Source: an uncultured delta proteobacterium
Lineage (GTDB): Bacteria > Myxococcota_A > Polyangia > Polyangiales > Polyangiaceae
Direction of reading: 5' to 3'
Assembly: GCA_963850305.1 (NCBI GenBank)
Contig: CAWKKR010000008.1
Span: 448,001-512,000, forward strand
Length of the DNA stretch: 64,000 bases
Below, piece after piece: positions 60,248 through 64,000 of this stretch. The position numbers and the translations under genes were made by a program. The notes below the pieces were generated by a model. The model made no database searches. It was given only the letters and a program-made list of their open reading frames with translations, and had not been told where the DNA came from. Positions within the stretch are counted from its first letter, which is position 1, and the number at the start of each line of letters is the position of its first letter.

Positions 60248-60671
60248 GCCGCGCCTCGTTGCTTTCCGCGACGAATCCAAGCTTGCCGGACTCCGGATAC
60301 TCGGCAACCTCGGGCGCGAGCGCCGTGCTCACCGCGAGGTATTTCAGATCCGACCGCGACGTGTTCAGGATCTGATGCGCCGTCTCCCGCCCGCCCGACG
60401 GGCACGAAATCGCGTCGCCCGGGCGGATGGGATAACGCCCGTCGCCGATCCTCACCTCCCCCTCCCCCTCCAGCACGAAGAACATCTCTTCGTTCACGCG
60501 ATGGTTGTGAAACGGGAACGCGCGCTTTCCGGGGGGCAGAACCACCAGGTTATACCCGAGCTGGCGGGCGCCGAGACTCTCGCCCATCGCATAGATCCTC
60601 GCTTCGCCTCGCACCTCGCGCCCCCAGAGGCCGCACGCCATCTCGTCGACGTTCACGATGGGTCGATTCAT
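60199..60671 (-). CDS. Cupin domain protein (3' end affected by the same indel)
   Basis: LPPGKRAFPFHNHRVNEEMFFVLEGEG..AHQILN..LKYLAVS..EYPESGK. Confidence 0.85.
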
Positions 60672-60796
60672 GAGAGGGAATCTAGGGCCCGCACCGGCGC
60701 TCGGTATCCCCGCACGAACCACGCGTCCGTTAGGAGCTCACCCCCGAGATCGCCCGGGTCGACCCGGCCGGGCGCTGGGTCTAAGGTACCCGCCCG

Positions 60797-60958
60797 ATGT
60801 CAGCGAACTCCTTGTCGGATCCCGGAGGGTCGAAACCTCCGGGGAGCCGTCGCATCCGCCGTCCGGCTTCGTGGAGCACCGTCCTGGCGCTGCTCTTGAT
60901 CACGGGCCTCGGAATGCTGTTTGCCATCTACTGGGTCGTGCACACCGCAAAACTCTGA
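60797..60958 (+). CDS. Small single-TM protein (53 aa)
   Basis: Read manually: MSANSLSDPGGSKPPGSRRIRRPASWSTVLALLLITGLGMLFAIYWVVHTAKL*; AAGG upstream. Confidence 0.5.
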   Translation: MSANSLSDPGGSKPPGSRRIRRPASWSTVLALLLITGLGMLFAIYWVVHTAKL

Positions 60959-60982
60959 GAATCGCCCGGGAATCCTCTCAGA
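60954..60982. terminator. Stem-loop between convergent genes
   Basis: TCTGAGA...TCTCAGA inverted repeat; no strong U tract. Confidence 0.35.
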
Positions 60983-61036
60983 TTCTTGGCTCTGGCACCC
61001 GGCACCGCGTGACCGAAGCTCAACAGAGGGTGGCCG

Positions 61037-61927
61037 TTAGGCCGACGACGAGCGGCGTCCGAACCACACCGCGACGCGCTCGAAGTCGTCATGCTCGAGG
61101 AACGCGGGGTATAGCGACACGATGCAGAGCGAGAAGAGCGCGATCTTGGACGTGACCGCGATGCCGAAGTGAAGCGCCACGCCGAGGAAGAGCCCGAGAA
61201 ACCGCGTCTTGCGGATCCAGAGCAAGAACGGCAAGGTCGCCTCCACGATGAGCGTGCCGAACGTTGCGAGCGCACCGAGGACCGGCAAGTGCGCGTACGC
61301 GGGACTCGGCAGGCGCGAGAACATGGACATCCAGAAGTACGGAATCGCGTCCCCGTTCCGCCAGAACGGGTCGGGCGCCTTGAGCCAGGCGGTCGTCACG
61401 TAGATGAGCATGACTTGCCACTGCACCAGCCTGAGACCGTATGCCGGCGGCGGAGGGCGGACGCGACGTGAGCCGACGCTCCACGTGGACACGGTCGGGC
61501 TCACGGCGAGCGCGAAGCCGATGACGCGCAGGATGACGTCGAAGCCCGCCTGTGAGAGCGGCGCCGCCGCGGTGTAGGAAGCCGCCCAAGCGTACGCGAT
61601 CCACGCCGTCGCGCGTGGATAGATCCCGAGCGCGAGCGCCATCAGAGCCGCCGCGACGACGACGAACAGGGTCGTCACTGCCGCCTCGCTCGACCCGAAC
61701 GCGAACATGTCGAAAATTGGCAATCCTCCTTGCCGAATTGCGCCTCCGAACATCCCCGAAGACGCGAAGAGCGTGTACCGCACGGGCCACAGATCGACGA
61801 GCACGGCGAGCGCGGACACCGCGTAACCGATCCGCAGCGCGGCGTAGGCGCGCGGATCCGATGGCGCGAAGAACCACGCCTCGACGTCGCGCGCCACCGC
61901 GCCAATCGTTCGCGCGAGGAGGCTCAT
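61037..61927 (-). CDS. HTTM domain membrane protein (SdpB / vitamin K carboxylase-like)
   Basis: LRIGYA, LRLVQWQVMLIYVTTAWLK..WRNGDAI, TLIVE, LHFGI. Confidence 0.85.
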   Translation of the reverse strand: MSLLARTIGAVARDVEAWFFAPSDPRAYAALRIGYAVSALAVLVDLWPVRYTLFASSGMFGGAIRQGGLPIFDMFAFGSSEAAVTTLFVVVAAALMALALGIYPRATAWIAYAWAASYTAAAPLSQAGFDVILRVIGFALAVSPTVSTWSVGSRRVRPPPPAYGLRLVQWQVMLIYVTTAWLKAPDPFWRNGDAIPYFWMSMFSRLPSPAYAHLPVLGALATFGTLIVEATLPFLLWIRKTRFLGLFLGVALHFGIAVTSKIALFSLCIVSLYPAFLEHDDFERVAVWFGRRSSSA

Positions 61928-62457
61928 CGCGGACATGGCACCGGCCCGAATCGCATGACCCTCGACTGAGCGATGCGGCCATCCGCGCGGATGTCCTGCA
62001 TGGGGCGAAGTTCCTGAGTCGCGAGCTGAAACGCCACCTTGGCGGGGACCTTGCCGGTACGCACGGTGATGGCGCGACATACCGCCACCAGATACCGCAC
62101 CGAATAACCAGGATAACCCTGGGCGTAGAAGGCGAGGCGCAGGAACGTCCCGAAGAACCGCGGGTCTTTCGGGTACGGCCGAAAATCGGGGAGCAGCGGG
62201 CCGTAGTTCGTCTCCACGCCGTTCGCGTCGATGGCAACCAGATGCCCGCCCATGTCGAGGTAATGCGGGATCGTGGTGAACATGTCCCAGCTCTGATCGA
62301 GCCGGAACAGGGCGAGGTACGGATCGAAGGGCCGATGAAACGCGGTGCCGAGTGCCGTCGTGCGCGACACGTTCGCCATGGTGATCGCGGCGAGGTGATA
62401 GACCAATGCGACGCACGCGAGCCCGCGGAGCCACGGCCGGCGCCGTCGTTCACTCAC
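61924..62457 (-). CDS. HTTM partner protein (SdpA/DUF5819-like)
   Basis: N-terminal TM with His, PYLALFRLDQSWDMFT, C-terminal Cys; ATGA overlap with HTTM. Confidence 0.65.
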   Translation of the reverse strand: MSERRRRPWLRGLACVALVYHLAAITMANVSRTTALGTAFHRPFDPYLALFRLDQSWDMFTTIPHYLDMGGHLVAIDANGVETNYGPLLPDFRPYPKDPRFFGTFLRLAFYAQGYPGYSVRYLVAVCRAITVRTGKVPAKVAFQLATQELRPMQDIRADGRIAQSRVMRFGPVPCPR

Positions 62458-62527
62458 GGCAGCCGAGGGCTCGAGCACCAGGGGCGACACGGAGCCGACG
62501 ATACCCGGGAGCGCGCGCGAAGTCTCA

Positions 62528-62654
62528 CCTGGGACGGGGGGGCGTATCCGCCCCCGCAGCTCTCCACGCGACTGCTCCCCCGGCTCGCTGCGCTCGCGTA
62601 GTTCGGCACCTCTTTGATCCCTCGGGGACGGCGCTGTCGGCGATGCGGGACTAC
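62528..62654 (+). repeat. Dispersed repeat family copy 3 (diverged hairpin + GTAG...CTAC module)
   Basis: GGGGGCG-TATC-CGCCCCC hairpin, ctccccc, ctcgcGTAGttcggcacctctttgatccctcggggacg...gatgcgggaCTAC. Confidence 0.8.
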
Positions 62655-63316
62655 GGAGAGCCGCGACCGTGCTTATCGTCGGAACCGGACGCGCGCTGGG
62701 AGTACCAGTTCAGGACCACGACGACCGCGATCGACAGAACGGTGGCAGCGACCATATGCCCCTCGAAAAACGAGACGAGGGCACGGATGGGACGATCGAA
62801 CACATCCCCGAACCAGCGCGCCACGACGACCGTCAGGACCGTCCCTACGATGTTCACCACCACGAACATCGGGAAGCGAACGCGCGCCGCGCCGGCAAGC
62901 GTGCTCATCAGCACATCGGGGCTCAGGAGCAACGCGACCGGACCGACCTTCGCGAACACCCGCTCGAGCAGACGCGCCGTCTTGCCGACACCTGGAGAGT
63001 TTTTTTCCGCCCACTCGAGGCCGAGCGGCCCGTACTCGCGCCCGAGAAAGTACATGAACGGGTCCGGCGCGAAGTGTCGCGGGACCACGACGGCGAACAG
63101 CGACGGCGCGTGAACGTACGGCGCAACGAGCACGATGTGCCGAAATACTGGACTCAACCCGACGAGCACGAGCGGCGCGTGTGCGAGCAAATACGGCATG
63201 AACGCCGACCCCACGAGGTTCCCGACCGTCATCAGGCCGAGCGGGATCGCGTAGACGAGGATTCGTCCGGAGCGGGGCTCGTCGAGCGGCACCCCGGGAC
63301 CGCTCTCATCGTTCAT
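62651..63316 (-). CDS. DedA/VTT-like membrane protein
   Basis: DPFMYFLGREYG, LAGAARVRFPMFVVVNIVG. Confidence 0.75.
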   Translation of the reverse strand: MNDESGPGVPLDEPRSGRILVYAIPLGLMTVGNLVGSAFMPYLLAHAPLVLVGLSPVFRHIVLVAPYVHAPSLFAVVVPRHFAPDPFMYFLGREYGPLGLEWAEKNSPGVGKTARLLERVFAKVGPVALLLSPDVLMSTLAGAARVRFPMFVVVNIVGTVLTVVVARWFGDVFDRPIRALVSFFEGHMVAATVLSIAVVVVLNWYSQRASGSDDKHGRGSP

Positions 63317-63326
63317 GGGGCGGCTT

Positions 63327-64000
63327 TCAAATCAAGATGCCTGGCGCAGGAAACGACGCGCAGAGCTCTTTCACTTCGGACGCGACGCGTTCGAGCAGCT
63401 GCTCGTCCTCCGGAGCGCGCACGACCTGGTCCATCCAGTCCGCGAGCTTCAGCATCTCGCTCTTGCCCATCCCCCGGGACGTGAGGGACGGCGTTCCGAT
63501 GCGAAGCCCGGACGGGTCGAACGGCTTTCGCGGATCGAACGGGATCGAATTGTAGTTCGTCTCGATGCCGGCGCGATCGAGCGCGCGCGCAGCGACCTTG
63601 CCGGGCACGTTCTTCGGCGTGAGATCCACGAGGATGAGGTGATTGTCGGTCCCGCCGGTCACGAGCTGGAAGCCCTTGGACAGTAGCGCTTCGGCCAGGG
63701 TCTTGGCGTTCGTGACGATGTTCTTCGCGTATTCCTTGAACTCGGGCGTCGCGGCTTCCTTCGCGGCGACGGCGATGCCCGCCGTGGTGTGATTGTGGGG
63801 TCCGCCCTGGAGCCCCGGGAATACGGCCTTGTCGATCGCTGCCCGGTACTCGGCCTTGCAGAAGATCATGCCTCCACGCGGCCCCCGGAACGTCTTGTGC
63901 GTCGTGGACGTCACGACGTCCGCGATGCCGATCGGGCTCGGATGCACGCCCCCGACGACGAGCCCGGAGATGTGCGCCATGTCGACGCACAGCTTCGCGC
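63327..64000 (-). CDS. glyA: Serine hydroxymethyltransferase, partial (5' end outside window)
   Basis: DMAHISGLV, TSTTHKTFRGPRGG, FPGLQGGP, GGTDNHL, SGLRIGTP. Confidence 0.97.
   Translation of the reverse strand, partial: AKLCVDMAHISGLVVGGVHPSPIGIADVVTSTTHKTFRGPRGGMIFCKAEYRAAIDKAVFPGLQGGPHNHTTAGIAVAAKEAATPEFKEYAKNIVTNAKTLAEALLSKGFQLVTGGTDNHLILVDLTPKNVPGKVAARALDRAGIETNYNSIPFDPRKPFDPSGLRIGTPSLTSRGMGKSEMLKLADWMDQVVRAPEDEQLLERVASEVKELCASFPAPGILI

Noticed and set aside
60720..60850. c-di-AMP (ydaO) riboswitch
   Set aside because: Only a loose CCCGA..GTCAGC.AACTC resemblance; other conserved blocks are missing and the region is better explained by a small ORF
385..63990. Numerous long antisense or alternate-frame ORFs (e.g. 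385-1392, 6215-7894, 26075-27682, 13935-15431)
   Set aside because: Shadow ORFs expected in high-GC DNA; they overlap genes with clear family motifs and are Arg/Ala/Pro-rich without motifs

Overview
High-GC bacterial chromosome segment. The gene content (Ser/Thr kinase with TPR/PEGA partner, FHA-sigma54 activator, Cys-rich and VWA lipoproteins, TSP3-OmpA) points to a myxobacterium, probably Polyangiales; this is inference. It is mostly core and envelope genes: a MoxR-DUF58-BatA/B(C)/D/E operon carrying four +1 frameshifts, rlmI, MATE, a KirBac channel, an MCE/multiheme/BVMO operon, rpmG head-to-head with rpmH-rnpA-yidD-yidC-jag (no dnaA or mnmE), an AlkB-like monooxygenase with a P450-type ferredoxin and reductase, a sigma54/kinase signalling module, ccsA-hemA-hemC-lpxK-gcvPB, pssA, an ABC-F ATPase, malic enzyme, astB, an HTTM pair and partial glyA. 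The most unusual signals are non-coding. (i) A dispersed structured repeat family occurs as 3 full copies and 1 half copy, each with a G/C hairpin module and a GTAG...CTAC-bounded module; it is tandemly amplified at 9.4 kb and supplies the stop codons of three neighbouring genes. (ii) A ~740-bp array of 21-bp units has higher-order structure. (iii) A decayed cassette-like patch holds miniaturised toxin-antitoxin genes and an attC-like hairpin. No rRNA, tRNA, CRISPR array or intact transposase was recognised. All product calls come from motif recognition by eye; no searches were run.
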